From: Marsupella aquatica
Taxonomy: Eukaryota; Plantae; Marchantiophyta
Length of the DNA stretch: 64,000 bases
Direction of reading: 5' to 3'
Assembly (NCBI GenBank): GCA_973895155.1
Contig: OZ316898.1
Coordinates: 1,897,927-1,961,926 of the forward strand
Shown: positions 24,177 to 38,300 of the stretch, piece by piece
How positions within the stretch are numbered: the stretch's first letter is position 1
Layout: every line of letters begins with the position of its first letter
The notes under the pieces: generated by a model
Database searches by the model: none
What the model was told of the DNA's origin: nothing
Seen by the model: the letters and a program-made list of their open reading frames with translations, nothing else
Program-made: the position numbers and the translations under genes

Positions 24177-25966
24177 ATCAAGTCCTTCCAAGCTGGCTTG
24201 CTGCCCTCGGTCATCGGCCTTCGATTACAAGAATGGTGTTCTCTCAACCTTGGATTCGGGGGTGCGACAGTCGTTTCCTTCAAGCGTTCTAGAGCTTCAG
24301 ACTGATATCCTATAGCATGCGAACTGTTGAATGGTCCCGTTTTGCTGAGCTTGCTGTCAAAACAACTCTTTGATGGAATCAAATTATCAATTCTCAAGGC
24401 AACGCACCGTATCGACAATCGACAGCGTTTGGCACCCGTTCCAAGGCCAGTGCGCTCCATGAACTCTGGTATGTACTCTGAATCTCGTCATAGGTTCACG
24501 CATGCACCCAATGATAGTTGCAGGACCGAGTGACCGATCTACACCATACGGTCAAATGGTTTTGCACTATTGTCGTGTCGTTTCTTGTGGCAATCAATGC
24601 AGGAGCTGGTGTGACCTGAGTGTGGCAGTTATCGTCTTTCAGCGGATATGCGGATAACAGCCTGCGAGACTAGTCTAGTCTAGTCTGGTCATACAACTTT
24701 AGCGATTATAAAAAGAAGCAGCAAATTTACTGAAAGAGTATACAGACTGAAAGAAGAGTTACAATGAATTTGCAGATGTATACTAAGTGAAGACTCCAGA
24801 CAGACCTTAGGATATCAATAAGGAAATTCTTTCTGGTTTGGTTAATTTGTTATCTGTCAATGTGTAAGTCAGTGTACTGTACGTCCAATGTCACTGGCAT
24901 ACAGCTGTGATGTTTTAGGTGGCAAATTTTAGCCAAAATTTCACTTCCTTCAACTACTGGCTGATAATTAAACTAAGCAAAAGAATTTAGCCGAAATGTG
25001 GACAGTAAACCCAGCATGCAACTTTGTCCATGGTCCTCAACTGACAAACCTCCATGGAGTGCGCTGCACCTGAATTTGTCCTTATAATATTGTTTCCATG
25101 TTCTGTTGAAAAATTACTTGTACATTCCATACCTCAGGCGCTACATGGTTTTCAGTTCACCCACGTATCACTCTGTGTGTTTGATTTATAATATTTGATA
25201 TCTTCATGGTCATTGGAAATAAAGCAAATGATTGAAGACACTTTCAAACTTTGTGAGTTAATGGATTGACCGTTAGAGAACATGCTGGGAAAATTTGTAC
25301 ATTCAAGGAGATCCAAAAATGTTTGCGAACAAATGGTAAGACCACTGTAAGGAGTAGACTGAAATACATGTAGTGTCTGACTAAAATACCTATAGAATAA
25401 GCAATATTACTCACATCATTTTGACACTGCTTTATATGTGGTTAATCCACGTGACCTGTTCAAGTACTGTACTAATTGTTCTTTAACATTTATCGTAGTC
25501 CAAATGTGTTTTTGTTGGAGTTCACCCTTTTGTATTTTCGGTGAATTTTAACTCATATCCCTCTAAATTTAAAATAAAGCCGCATTTTCTTTAACTGTGT
25601 ACCTTTACTCTATCCCACTAGGGAGATTATAAAAGTTTTCTCAATTTTTTTTCTGTTTTTTCAGGTTGCATTTGTCTCCTTTTTTATGTTTGTTATTTGT
25701 CCTCGTTCTACCTCTTTTGGTTTTTGAATTGTACTTTGTTTCTTCTACTTTTGTATAAACTAAGGTACTTTTCTTCCCTGAGCATAGTACATCATAGCAA
25801 TTGAGCAAATTACAAACCATATCCAATTTAACTGTGCGGCCCAGTCTGACTACTTGGGGACTGGTAACCCTAATTAATTCAGGTAGGGATTTTTTCCATC
25901 CATACCCATCTGGGAACACTTGATTTCAATAAATGTAAAGCCTGCACCTAATACTCTGAAAGTCAA

Positions 25967-27652
25967 TCCTAAACTATAATACAAGGTTGCGCCACTTTTT
26001 AGAGTGGTCGTCATTCAAATTTACAGGGCATAAAAATTAAAAAAAGTAATAAAGTAAATTCAAAAGTAAATAATAAAATCAAAGTGTGAATTGAGTTTAG
26101 TGTGACACAAAAAATTACACCATTGTCCAAGACAAGCCAAATAATCACACGAGACACCCCAAAAAAGTGAAAGACTTTAATTAATGCACGAGAATCAACG
26201 CACGAGGATCAAGGAGGATACTCCCTCCAGGTCTCCATGATCCGTATTGTACATACTTAAAGTATTCTACACATTCAATATTATGTGTAACATAGTTTTG
26301 TATAATAGTGTTAAGAGGAGTTTAATTGCTAATAACATTTTAGTCACTTGATCAATAAAAAATTGTTTCTCCCAATATTTGTGGTGATTTTTAGAGTCAT
26401 TTGCACTATCATTTTCAATGCCGAAAAACAAAAGTAATAAGGCCCAAAGACATAGTGAAACTCATGACACGGGCGTTGATGGCAAGGTGTCGGGCGAGGG
26501 GCACTGGCAATGTAGGGCAGCCCCTCGAAGGGCTCCAGTCGCGCACGGGTGGGGAGGGAGGGGGCGGCGAGCGAGTGGAGTGATGGTGAAATGGAGAAAA
26601 GGGGGAGGTTAAGGTTTAAAAGGAACATAAGAGGAAAAAGATTAAAAAGGGGGAAAAAACACCTCTCATTTTGTTATACTTTTGTGGTTGTCATAGCCAG
26701 TGGTTTGTGCAATGACATCTTTTATTCAAAGAATTTTTTTGTGCAAGGAGAAAAAGGAAAAAGGGAACTTTTGTGGGTGCCGTAGCCAGTATTTGCACAA
26801 TGATATCTTTCACTCAACAAAAAGTTTTGTGCAATTGTTTATTCAACGATATCTTTTGCACCATGAGCTATTTCTCAACAACATCTTTAACCAAACAACA
26901 TCTTTTATGCAACGCACGGGGATTGAAAAGATAGCGATAGAATGGTCATCTTTGCTAAACCTAAAACCTTAAACCTGAAACCGATAATATAACATTGCGC
27001 CAATGTATAGAGTGGTCGCCATTCAAATGCAAGGGCATTTTGGGTAAAAAACAAACATAGAAAAAAACTTGCTCCTTCTCTCATTGACTTTTTACTTCAT
27101 AACATCTTTCACATAATAACAACTTGGATGAAACGACACCTTTTTTTTCTTTATAACATCTTTTACTTCACAATATCTTTGGCAAAATGACACATTTTTC
27201 TTATCAACATCTTTCACATAATGGCATCTTTGGCAAAATGACTTCTTTGGCAAAATGACTTGAAGGATATCTTTTGTGCAATGCACGGGTATTTTCCCTC
27301 AATGATGTCTTGGTCGACACGACATCTTGGCCGACATGACATCTTTTTTCTCAACGACTTCTTGGCCAAGATGACATATTTTTTCTCAGCGACCTCTTGG
27401 CCGACACAACATCTTTTCTCTCCACGACCTCTTGGCCGACACTACATCTTTTCTCTCCACGACCTCTTGGCCAACACAACATCTTTTCTCTCCACGACCT
27501 CTTGGCCGACACTACATCTTTTCTCTCCACGACCTCTTGGCCGACACGACATCTTTTCTCTCAATGACCTCTTGGCCGACACGACATCTTTTTTCTCAAC
27601 GACATCTTGGCCGACATGACTTCTTTTGTGCAAGGCACGGGTATTGAGCTAG
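25967..27652 (+). mobile_element. Non-autonomous composite Helitron
   Basis: A|TCCTAAACTATAATACAAGGTTGCGCCA start and gtgcaaggcacgggtattgagCTAG|T end (A|T target). Internal second 5'-like motif at ~26985 and internal 3'-like motifs at ~26910 and ~27278. ~36-bp gacctcttggccgacac minisatellite at 27300-27620. Confidence 0.72.
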
Positions 27653-28613
27653 TCACCTGATATTACTTTCAAAATCTGCTTGCTGCAGTTAGATTCCACA
27701 AAATCTTAATAAGTTTGCTGGTTTGCCTTAATTTCAAATCCCAGGAAAGGTCATACAATTTAGATAGTGAAGCCCTCATGGATTACCATGTTGATTACCA
27801 GAGTGCTCCCATGAACCACATTTTGGTAGTCATGGGAGTTCGGGGCTTATATCTTAATGATTATGTTTTTTTAGTTTTTCACCTGCAAGGAAACCAGAGA
27901 AGAGACATAAGAAACATAAACACTAATATTTTATATTAATATAATGAAAATTAAATTTATAAAATTTACCCCTCCACATTTCATGATGAATAATTCAACC
28001 AAAATGACCAAAATTTCAGTCAGTCTCACTTTGATGGAAGTATGAAAGTGTAACTTACCTACTCCTTTAGTACATCCTCCAAACTAAAAATGTTTGAATT
28101 TATGAGGATCAAATTATAGCAACTAAGGTCAAATTTTGGAAAGGGTGATCCATGGCATCTAAAATAACCAATGTTGTGATACATGGGAGCATCATTTTCT
28201 ACAGATTAAGATATTTTTAGTATCTATTAGTAAATACTAGGTGGGCCCCACTATTCTTATGGACTTGTTATTTGAAAAAAATTAGAAAGCATTACTCTAC
28301 AGTGATGGAAAACAAAGATGGTACAACCAATTGGCTTAGGTTACATGGCCACGGGATGAGCCTGGAACAGGTTCGACACCCCTTCTACACAAAAGGGGTG
28401 TGGAGTGTGTGTGTGGGTGGACTGGGTTTTGTGGGTCAGTAATGGATGACAGTCTCATTATCTCAGCTTAACTTTGTGGCCCTAAACCAACTTATTGGCT
28501 TTGGTCAATTGGCCAGAGGATGAGCCTAGACCCGAGGGGCCCGTGTGTGTGTGGGTGGGGTGTAGTGGTGGGAGTCAGTATTGATTATCCTCATAGCCCC
28601 TGACTGACCGCTT

Positions 28614-28912
28614 TGTTGGGGATAATCCTTATCCCTTGACACCATGCACAGTCATGTAAACATCATACAAAGTAGTCGACACAGCGAGTACGTGGTTCAT
28701 CTCATGATTGAGGCTATGTTCACAGGAAAATGCACAAGAGACCTTTACTTCTCTCTTGCTCCATTCCAACAATGAACTGAAGATTCACCAGGGGTTGGCA
28801 TCAGCCTGGTTATATGCAGCATACATCGTTACTAACCTTAACTAAGTCCTAACCTGAGTTAGCCTAATTATAATTAGCCCTGGAGTCACAAGACTAAGAG
28901 CAATATTCAACA
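28614..28912 (-). mobile_element. Solo LTR (299 bp) related to the Copia LTR at 14691-15107
   Basis: TGTT...AACA termini and 5-bp TSD CGCTT on both sides. Reverse-complement matches include ggattatccccaaca, cacgtactcgctgtgtcgactactttgtatg and attgctcttagtcttgtgactc. Confidence 0.92.
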
Positions 28913-30068
28913 CGCTTTTGGGGTTCTGGTTTAATCCTCTCTCCCTCCTGGTCTGGTCCCTCTCAGATCCCTAGGTATTGTTCCCTTGTGGCTACTCTAC
29001 ATAGAAATGCATGCTCCAGAGCGGGCTCCAGAGCAAGACATCTATCCTTTGTTGGATGGGCAACAAAAACTTTGTGCCCTACTTTAATACTCCAGGTGAG
29101 GTCCCTATGGTAGGATGAGGTGTTTGTCGGGGTAAACTACTACCGTAGGTGTTTTGTGATTGATCTTATTAATCAGAACGAACAATCAGAAAACAAACTT
29201 GAACACACATCAATGGATTGCGAAGTAAACATGTGTGCAGATATTTATTTTCAGCCATCTCCTTGAAGAATGGAAATGTTCACTGATCTAGTATGCGGGA
29301 GTGAGAGAGATGATCCTTAAGAGCTAACCACGGGGATTGCTAACATTTGAAAAGGCATGAAGCACCTTTAACGGACAACAGAGAATACTTCCCACAATGA
29401 CATGTGGTGCATCCAACTACTTTACACCCAGGGAATTTTACATGAGTAAACAAGTAAACTGAGAACACTGCACGAAAGATAGGATCACAAAGAAGACAGA
29501 AACCTGTCACATGTTTCTACTCATTTCATTTCCGTTCAAGAATGAAAAAGAAAACACAGATGGTACTGTCGGGGTGGTACTGTTACAGCCCTTTGTAAAG
29601 TAGGTGCATGTTCCCACCGGCGATGGAGCTCCGCAATTCCTTCTGGATGGAAGCGTTTTGGGGGCCATTATAAGGATTGGTCCTATGAAGCTTATTAGAT
29701 GTGATTTCGATTTACAAGGCAAGAGCTTTGATTGGAGTCTCAATGCCATCACCGAGAGCGACGAGGCCTTCGCCCTTCAGTGCTTTCGCTCAAAAATAAT
29801 GTACTGTAATTGCGGGGTGAAACTTGAGCATCTGTTTCGAGCAATGAACGAAATTGGAGCTTCCCAATAGGTGAGCCATGGTCCCAGGCAACCCCAGCTC
29901 CTGAAAAGGTCTGTACATGGCGGCATGCAAGAGACACGTCAATCCAAATGGAGAATTCGAGGTGCGGATTGGGTTAGGTGCGGATTGAGGTCAGTCCCCA
30001 CTGTTCTTTTTTATGGATAATTTCAGTTTCCATGCAAAAGTAATAGTATTCCATTCTGCTCCTCGGCA

Positions 30069-30076
30069 TATAAATA
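30069..30076 (+). promoter_or_regulatory. Putative TATA box of the germin-like gene
   Basis: TATAAATA ~235 bp upstream of ATG 30305. Confidence 0.5.
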
Positions 30077-30304
30077 CGTGTACATTCGGAAGCAGATCCC
30101 ACACACCAAACTGGCAATCCCGACTTGCAGCACAATGTACCTTTGAGCTGGCTCTATTTCGCTCTAGTGTTGTATCGAACTTGCTTGCGTGGAGTGCTCC
30201 TTAGTTCGCAAACTGATCGTGTACGTTTGGTGAATCGATCCAAATTCGAAATCCGTCCTCCATCCTCAGAGAGCGAGAGGATCCAATCATTCAATCGATT
30301 CACC

Positions 30305-31405
30305 ATGGCAAAACTTTTGGTCATTCTGGGATTGCTGGTGGTGGCTGAGCTGATGGTCCACACGGCTGTTGCGAGTGATCCGGAATTGATCACCGATTTC
30401 AATGTGACCAACCCGACTGTGGCGGATTTCACCTTCACTGGATTCCGCAACCCTCAGCCGCTAGGCAAGGGAAAGGCAGCGCCCATGCCCGCCACTATCC
30501 GAGGGCTCAGCGGGCTTGGCCTTGCGGCTGTGCTGTTCGAGTTCGGGTCAGAGTCACAGATTGATCCCCATACTCATCCTCGCGCAACCGAAGTGTTCTA
30601 CGTGCTCTCAGGTACGAACATAATCTCCCTTCCTCTGCTCCTGAATGCTGGATTTAAGCTTTATATATGTTCACCAGTGACTGGACTTACAGGAAGCTCT
30701 AGACAGTTCACCTCGGCATTGGATTCTATTGACGTCTGGTTTAATAGAATCTTTCGTGCTTTGAGATGAATTGATGAATGCTGGACAAGCTAACACCAGT
30801 CTTTTACAATGCTGAGCTTCCGGTCCATAGCTTCGCTGGTGTTCCAGGTATTGTCAGCACATCATCTACTGTCAAAGTGATGAAAAAGATTTATTCCTTT
30901 GAACGTGACCTCTTGAGAATACAATGCTGACCTTGGCCGAGCTGCAATAAAGATTTCATCAGTTTACATAATCAATGTGATGAATGTCGTGCTATTTAGC
31001 TAGAGATATAGTTTGATAGTAATACATAGGAAATGTCATGAAATCAATTCGAGTTGGCGATTTCTGTGTTCTACCGTGGATGTAGGGGCACTTGACGTGG
31101 GATTTGTGGACACCGCCAACGACCTATTCGAGACAACGGTGCAGACGGGCGATATCTTTGTCTTTCCCAAGGGTACGCTGCACTGGCAGCGCAACAATGG
31201 TCACGGAACAGCTTCAGGCTACTCGGTGCTCTCCAGTGAGAACCCCGGAACTCTGTTCGTTGTGAAAGCTCTCTTCACCGCTGGCAAGAAAGGGCTCCCC
31301 GACATTGTTCTCAACACTGCCTTCAATGGCGTTTCGAACAACCATGACATAGACGCTCTGAAGCAGGACGTCGCTACCAGGACCAATGTGACCCTGAGTT
31401 TGTAG
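30305..31405 (+). CDS. Germin-like protein (cupin), 2 exons (30305-30611, 31086-31405), ~208 aa, secreted
   Basis: Signal peptide MAKLLVILGLLVVAEL. Germin motifs PHTHPRATE and GDIFVFPKGTLHWQ. A GT-AG phase-1 intron joins the exons in frame. Confidence 0.93.
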
Positions 31406-33189
31406 ACGAGGCAGTTAGCCTGATCCATACATGATCGAGGACGAAATCAGTCAGCTCCTACCGACATTTACAAGGACTCGCTAGCTCAAGAGGTAGTGAT
31501 GTTTCGTCAAAGCTCGGGCCGGGCTACTATCATGTGCGTACATGACATATGGCAGCCCGAGGTCATCTTACGTATTGCCTGGAGTCGTACTTAGTCGAGT
31601 TATATGGATCAAGCATAATTTACTGAACTGTAGAATAATATGGTGTGAAACTTGTTGGGCAGCCGTCAAAAGTATGCGTCCCACCCTGTTGAGCATACTT
31701 TCCTAAAACTGTAGAATAAGGTGTGGAACTTGTTGGCAGTCGTCAAAAAGTACCCACCCCGTTGACATTGTTCACTGCTTTGAGAACTTTTATATATCAG
31801 TGATCACAGGGTTTCATTGTCAATGATAGATTTGTAACAAGAGCTGCTCCCCAGTTCGAATTGATGCATGCATTTGTAACAAGAGCTTCTCACCAGTTCG
31901 AGATTGATGCATGCATTTAGATGGTTCGCAACGGGACACCCGTAAGTTGAGATTGTTGATTTAACGGGAAGGAACATTGAATGATATACTATATTGAACT
32001 GCGCATTCGTCCGGAGCTGTTTCCTTTTCGTCTCTATTGGCCTCAAAAAAGCAATGGGAGGCGAACTTTCCAATCCGAGGGAAAACCAGCTCCGGGAAGG
32101 ATTGAAGGGCTTCAGGGATTCCCCCCGACAAACAATGAAGCTGGCGGCAATCAGGGAATTAGATTGTGGCAGTTCTTTCGTGGAGAACCTTACTTCTCAG
32201 GACGATGCCTCTCTCTCTCTGCTTCCAACCACAATCCGGCAGATTCGCACTTGCTCCTTCTAATATTAAGAACAAAATCTACCCTCCTTGACTTGGTCTT
32301 TCCCGCGATCTCCCAGACCCGCAACGCGCCCGGCTGAATGAAAATTAATGTATCGTGGATATGCACACCAGCCAATATCGCAGAACTGGAACGTACTGCT
32401 CGCCATTTCACACGGAGTATGCTGAGCTCTACTCGTTTGTTCGTGATCTAATTGATAGTTCTGATGTTGTGAGACAAGTGCGCGATCGACAATGAGGCAA
32501 ACAAAGTAAGTCAATGCTCATTGTAGTAGAGACTCAACATCCTTTATTTCAGTGCACTAACACATGTAATTCAATGGAAACAAAGACACCAAAGATAGAC
32601 GCGTCAGACCACTGTAATGTGGCAAGCGCTTGGTAATGACTGGCCTGATAAAAAATCATCATTCCTAGACACTGAAAAAGCCAAATTGAATGGCATGCTA
32701 CATGCTCTGCCCAAACCTTAATTACCAGTGAACTGAGTCCAAATCCAAGCTCTTTTCGTTTCTCCTACGCGATAAAAAAAGAGGTCAGTAGAAAGAGAAC
32801 AAATTTACTAACATAGAACCAACAAAGTGTAACCTTAGTAAAGAAAACAAAACTAAAATTCATTACCATTTCATATCAAATAATATGATATCCTATCCCA
32901 CTTCTCATTTTACAAAATGAAAAACAAGAGGCAGCAAATAGTGGTTCTTCATAAAAAAATAACAAAATAATAGGTCTTCATAAAAATAATAGTTTTTGGT
33001 ATACTCCGATCCACCCAATACACCCCTTTTGTCTCAACTATCTACCCAAGATGTTTTGAGCTTGCCACACCTGCTCGGGATGAAAAATGAATTATAAAAA
33101 ATTGAATACTTTAGATTTAAAATATTTGAAAATCAATGAAGAAAAAGTAAAACTAAAGAATTTTTACTAAAGTGGATCTACTCAACATT

Positions 33190-33781
33190 TTTTTTTTTTT
33201 CATCTTATCATCTTTTTCTCACCTTGACATGATTATCACACCACAACATCTTTTCGTCACCTTCAACATCTTTTCTCTACTCGACTTTCTCTCACCTCGA
33301 CATCATATATTTTCTCATCTCGCCATCTTTCCCTCACCTTGGCATCTTTATCACACCACAACATCTTTCCATCACCTTGGAATTTTATTTTTTTCTCCTT
33401 GATATCTTTCCTCATTTTTACACCTTTTTCTCATTTTCCCAGAGAGGCATGACTGTCTGGTAGCTCACTTGAATAGAATTGATAGGTCTTGGGTTCAACT
33501 GTTATGAGTTGACTCTTCCCAATTATTGTGGCTAATTCTTCCATTTTTGCGGAGTTTCACAGATTTCTTAAATATAAAAAAATAAAATTTACATCTTTTT
33601 CTCATCTCCCCATTTCTCTCCTCAGTGTATGTCCTTTTTTCATCTCAACATCCTTTTTCCTTTTTTTCTCATTGATTTTTTTTTTCTTATCAACATCTGT
33701 TTTCACCTCGATATCTTTTTCTCATCTCTACATCTTTCCTCGCCTCAACATCTTTTGTGCGATGCACATGCATCGGGCTAG
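33190..33781 (+). mobile_element. Helitron-like 3' end with ACATCTTTT array
   Basis: Same repeat motif as 17030-19887. Ends gtgcgatgcacatgcatcgggCTAG|T. Confidence 0.6.
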
Positions 33782-35303
33782 TTAATGTTATAACCGAATT
33801 TGTGCGAGTAACACTAATTCACAAGTAGAGCCCCAAAATGTCCGCTCTCGAATTAGTATGAGTTATTCTAATTATGGTGTACTATACACAAAAATCCAAT
33901 GCAATAATGAATACTCCACACTACAAAAAGAACAAAGAGGGAAAAACCGAGATATACCAAAGGCATGATACCCAATAAAAGAGAGAAAACAAGGAAAGGA
34001 AGACCGGAAAGCAAAAAGGCCACATGGTCCCCAAAACATTAAAACACTTCTGAACAGCAGACTAAAATCCCTGCTCCTACCGTACTTGATGTGGGATTTT
34101 CCTGTCCACCCTTAACACAATAGTGTTGCCACATCCTCAATTGGAGCCGTAGCCATGAGCTCAAAGTGTCCCTCAGGATGCCTTTACAACAGGAGGGGGT
34201 AGGGCCAGTACATATTTTTTCACAGCCATCAAATCTCACCCATGGACTTTCCTAGAATCAAATAAGTTCACTGAACATGATATAGGGCCGCCCTTTAAAG
34301 TGCCCACTTTTGGGTTGGAAAAATCCAATCCACACTACATTGTCTGGCCCAGTCATAATCTTCTGTTGCTGGGCCATTTCTCTCACTCCCTTGGTCGACT
34401 TCCTTTGGTGGTTTTGCTGATGCCCTTAGGGCCATTTCTGTTTTCACCAGTTCCTGGCCCCCATCTCTGAAAGTGACCTTGATAGTCAGACATTTCTTCT
34501 TTCTCCACCATCTCTTGCCATCCTATACAATCAACAGGATAGGTTAAAACTGTGGTAACTTGCCACGAACAAACATGAGCTGAATGGACACGGATGCAAA
34601 AGTTCCACTTTGTCTGATCTCAATTAAAACTTCAAGAATTCAAAATTATTTAACGCATCTTGGTACCAAAGCAATATTTGTTGGCCAGATAGCAAATTTA
34701 CAAAGGCGTTTTGTAGGGGAATTACAACACCCCATGACATGCTTCAGGTGTCCTTCCAGACTCTAGGCTTGCATTTGCCCTTATTCCCTTTTTCTTTTTT
34801 GCCTAGAAAAAACCCAATGGATTTCATTCAAAAAGCCAACATACAAAAAGGGTGGCCCACTAAGGGGGTCAACACACCCAGGGGGACCAAAAAGGTCAAC
34901 GAGCCCAACAAAACAGGTGAGGCCAGAACCAGGAAAGAAGCTAAACCAGAAAAATTGCCCTTTTCTTTTGAGTGCAGTGTTTGTACTCTCTCTGCACCTC
35001 TTTTGCTTTTACTCCATTGTACTTTGCTTGGCACTTTTTAGTCACATGGTACCATTCTGCCTTCAGATTTTTCATGGATTTCTGCAAGTATCTTCTCCTG
35101 TATTTCCAATCACAAGCTCTTATTCCAGGAGTCCTCTTAAAAGTTCATACTATATATTGAACAACACATCGGCAAGAATAACAACTTGCACATCCCAAAC
35201 ATGTACTTTAAAGAACTCACTATACCTGGACCGCTGAGCAATATCATACGCAAGAATAAAAAATATTTTCAATGAACAATGAACCATTTCAACAGAAGGT
35301 GTC

Positions 35304-38300
35304 TTACAAAATGTATGTTTCAGCCATTACCTGTGAATCTGTGACAACGTGATCGAGTAGGTCTGTGAAGGCAAGGAAAATTCTGCATTTCGTCCCCTTC
35401 GGCCTACAGATTTGGAAATGGTCTGCTCCTTTTACGATGTTGAATGAATGCCCATATCTTGATGATGCCTCTGGTACTACGAAAGTAGACCTTGGGAGGA
35501 AATCCTGTACAAACAAATACCAACTAGAGCATGGCTTTATGAAGATACAAAGTAAAGGAAATGTACATGCAAGTGAAGACTTGTCAACAAGCCGCCAGGC
35601 ATGTCTCAGTCACTGGGATCATAGCTAAACCACTCACAAGTTCGCTCGGGGTACAGGGAACCATCTTCTGCCTAACGGCCAATAATTATGAAATCATGAC
35701 TGGGTCAGATGAAACAGTTAAAGGTTGTTACACATAAGGTTAAACTTGACTTGCAGCTCGTGTTACTATGAAGGGATTGGTGGAATAATCAATGAAATAA
35801 ATGACACCTGGAGAGCTCCCACGACATTTCAAGATGATTCTCAGGTCAAAAGAGTGAGTTTTTACCAATTTCGTTGGGAGCGATTCTCCAAGTCCAACGA
35901 TACGGAGATCGTGATTCAAACCCATTCCCGAGAGATGATCAAAATCGTAACCTAGCCGTGCTGACAAGTTAGACAGAGTTTTCCAAAGCCTGCCCAGGGG
36001 AGCATCACGTAGCACGAATGCGGATCCATGATGAGGTGTTCCAAAATAGCATATGCCGCATATGTTTGCAAGAAGTTTTTCTAGCTTCCCCCCACTGAAC
36101 GCCCCTTGCCTATTATAATGCAGATGATGAGCTCTTAAGCATAGCAATTTAACTATCAGGCCCCCAAAGCTGTGCCCAACTAGTACAATTGGACAATTGG
36201 AAAATTGCCCAATCTGTCCCTGCAACAGATCGGATAGAAGGTTTTCTATCAAGAGATCCATATCAAAGAAGTTGTTAGTTACGAGACACTCAGGATATGA
36301 GACAGATAGTATTTGAGCGCCAGGATATTTGTAGGGCAACCAGGTGTTTGGCCAAATACGAGAACCATCCTCAGATTGCCAGGCTGAAAAGTGTGCATCT
36401 CGGTAGTCCCCGGGCTGGAGCCCGTGGAAGAATACAACCTGCATGGTGGGAGTACCCGAAATATTGTGCAGCTGGTACAGGCTGTCGTTCAACTATGAGC
36501 AAAAAACAGGCAAAAGACAGATCAGTGGATTATTAATTGCCAGACATCATTTGGACGGGAAAAGACGCCCACACAAAACGAATCCCGATTCATATACTCC
36601 CTCGCATTAAATTTCGTACGCATTTGATTATATTCTACAAACTGACACTAGAAGTGCATTGATTGAATACCTTGGACAGCACAAAGCTTTAAGCCTGTGC
36701 ATTACAAAGGAACAATTGATAACTTTTGATGACCATTTGATATGTACAGGCTGACATGAACATCATTATTCTGGATTGTATATCTTGTATCTATCACTCC
36801 CTTCTATGTTCGTTCACTAGATGCAAAAACTCTGGCAACTTCGACAACTGAGCAAGAAAATGAAGACTCGTGCAAAGTTAACACGCGAAGATACGGTGTC
36901 CTGTCACAATAAACCCTTTAAGGCCATCAAGCTTAATCAAGATTATTGTACAAAACGTTACCTGCACGCCCATCGCAATGCTAAAGGGAAGTTCTCTCAC
37001 GACAGAGATAGAACTTGACGTTTCCGTTATTGTTTTGTGCATTTGAGCATTGTCTGCCGCCCCAAGCTGTCTCAAGAGATGGACGACATCCACAGATTGG
37101 GATTCTTCCGGCGCCCACTTTTCATCCCGCCTTGGAAGATGTAGGACATTCCGAGATTGTGTTTCCTGTGCCCACTTTTCATCCTGTCTCCTTGCTTCTT
37201 CACGAATTCTGGCTTCTCTCTGAAATTCAATGACAATTTGGTTTGGTCGACAGAATTATGGCGACTAACGACTGTTCAACTATGGCAGCGGGACTACCAT
37301 TTCCAAGAAATTTTGCCCCAAAATAGATTTTCTGTCAATGAACTATCTGAACACAAGACATATCCATGCCATTACCGGTATGTCGTCCAAAATGCTCTTG
37401 ATGAGATCTCTCAGGCCATAGAAACTTCTGGTAGTTTTCGTCATCGGTCTACATATTCCAATATGGTCTGCTTTCACAGAATTGAAACAATCTCCATCTC
37501 TTGCAGATGGCTCCTCTAATCCCACAACACCTCGAAACAAGCCCTTTACAATGACACGCAGTCTTCATTTACTGATCAGGCAATGTCACCAGACTATTCA
37601 CTACAATCCAATTTCTTATTTAACTAAGAGGCCAGTTTTAGTTGGCTGCAAATTAATCCAGAGTTAAATGGATTCTGAAAGAAAACATGGAATTAGAAAC
37701 CGTCAACCTTGAGCAAAGACTACTGTGTAACATATTAAGTGAGTCCTGTTTCTTGAAACGTACATGGTGAGCTGCAAATTGCCTAACAATTCGCAGCCAT
37801 TCTGCATTCATTGGATGAAACCGATTCTTGGAAAGGGCTAGCGAAATTTCAGGGTGATTGGCATGAGTTTCGGCCTCATGAGGTTCAAAGAGAAGGCACC
37901 AGGACCTTATTTACCTTTCTGGCGGACATTGTTTCTCCAAGTCCATGGATGCGCATCGACGGATACAATCGACGTAATAGTTGGAACCGAAAATTCAACC
38001 ATTCTGTTTCGGTACTCAATGTTCGGAAGTACTTCAACAAAGGGCTATTGAATTTGTCTGCCAGGTCGTCTATCCGTCGGCTTCCATGATGGGGAGTGGC
38101 ATAGTAGTATATCCCTTTGACGCTTGCAAGAAACTTCTCTAGCTTCACCCTTTCCCTGTCATACTTTTTGCGCAACACGAGCGTGTCATTTACTTGCACA
38201 CATAATCGCTTAATAACTAAGCCCCCAAACGAATGCCCCACCAATATGACAGGGCAACAGCGTGTTTGCCCAATGTTCTGCTCCATTAGATCGGAAATCA

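Noticed and set aside
27260-27647. Repetitive ORFs and a CRISPR-like periodic array
   Set aside because: Tandem minisatellite without unique spacers, in a eukaryotic Helitron.
33440-33510. tRNA/SINE-like segment (ggtagctca...gggttcaa)
   Set aside because: Only degenerate box-like words; I could not form a cloverleaf.
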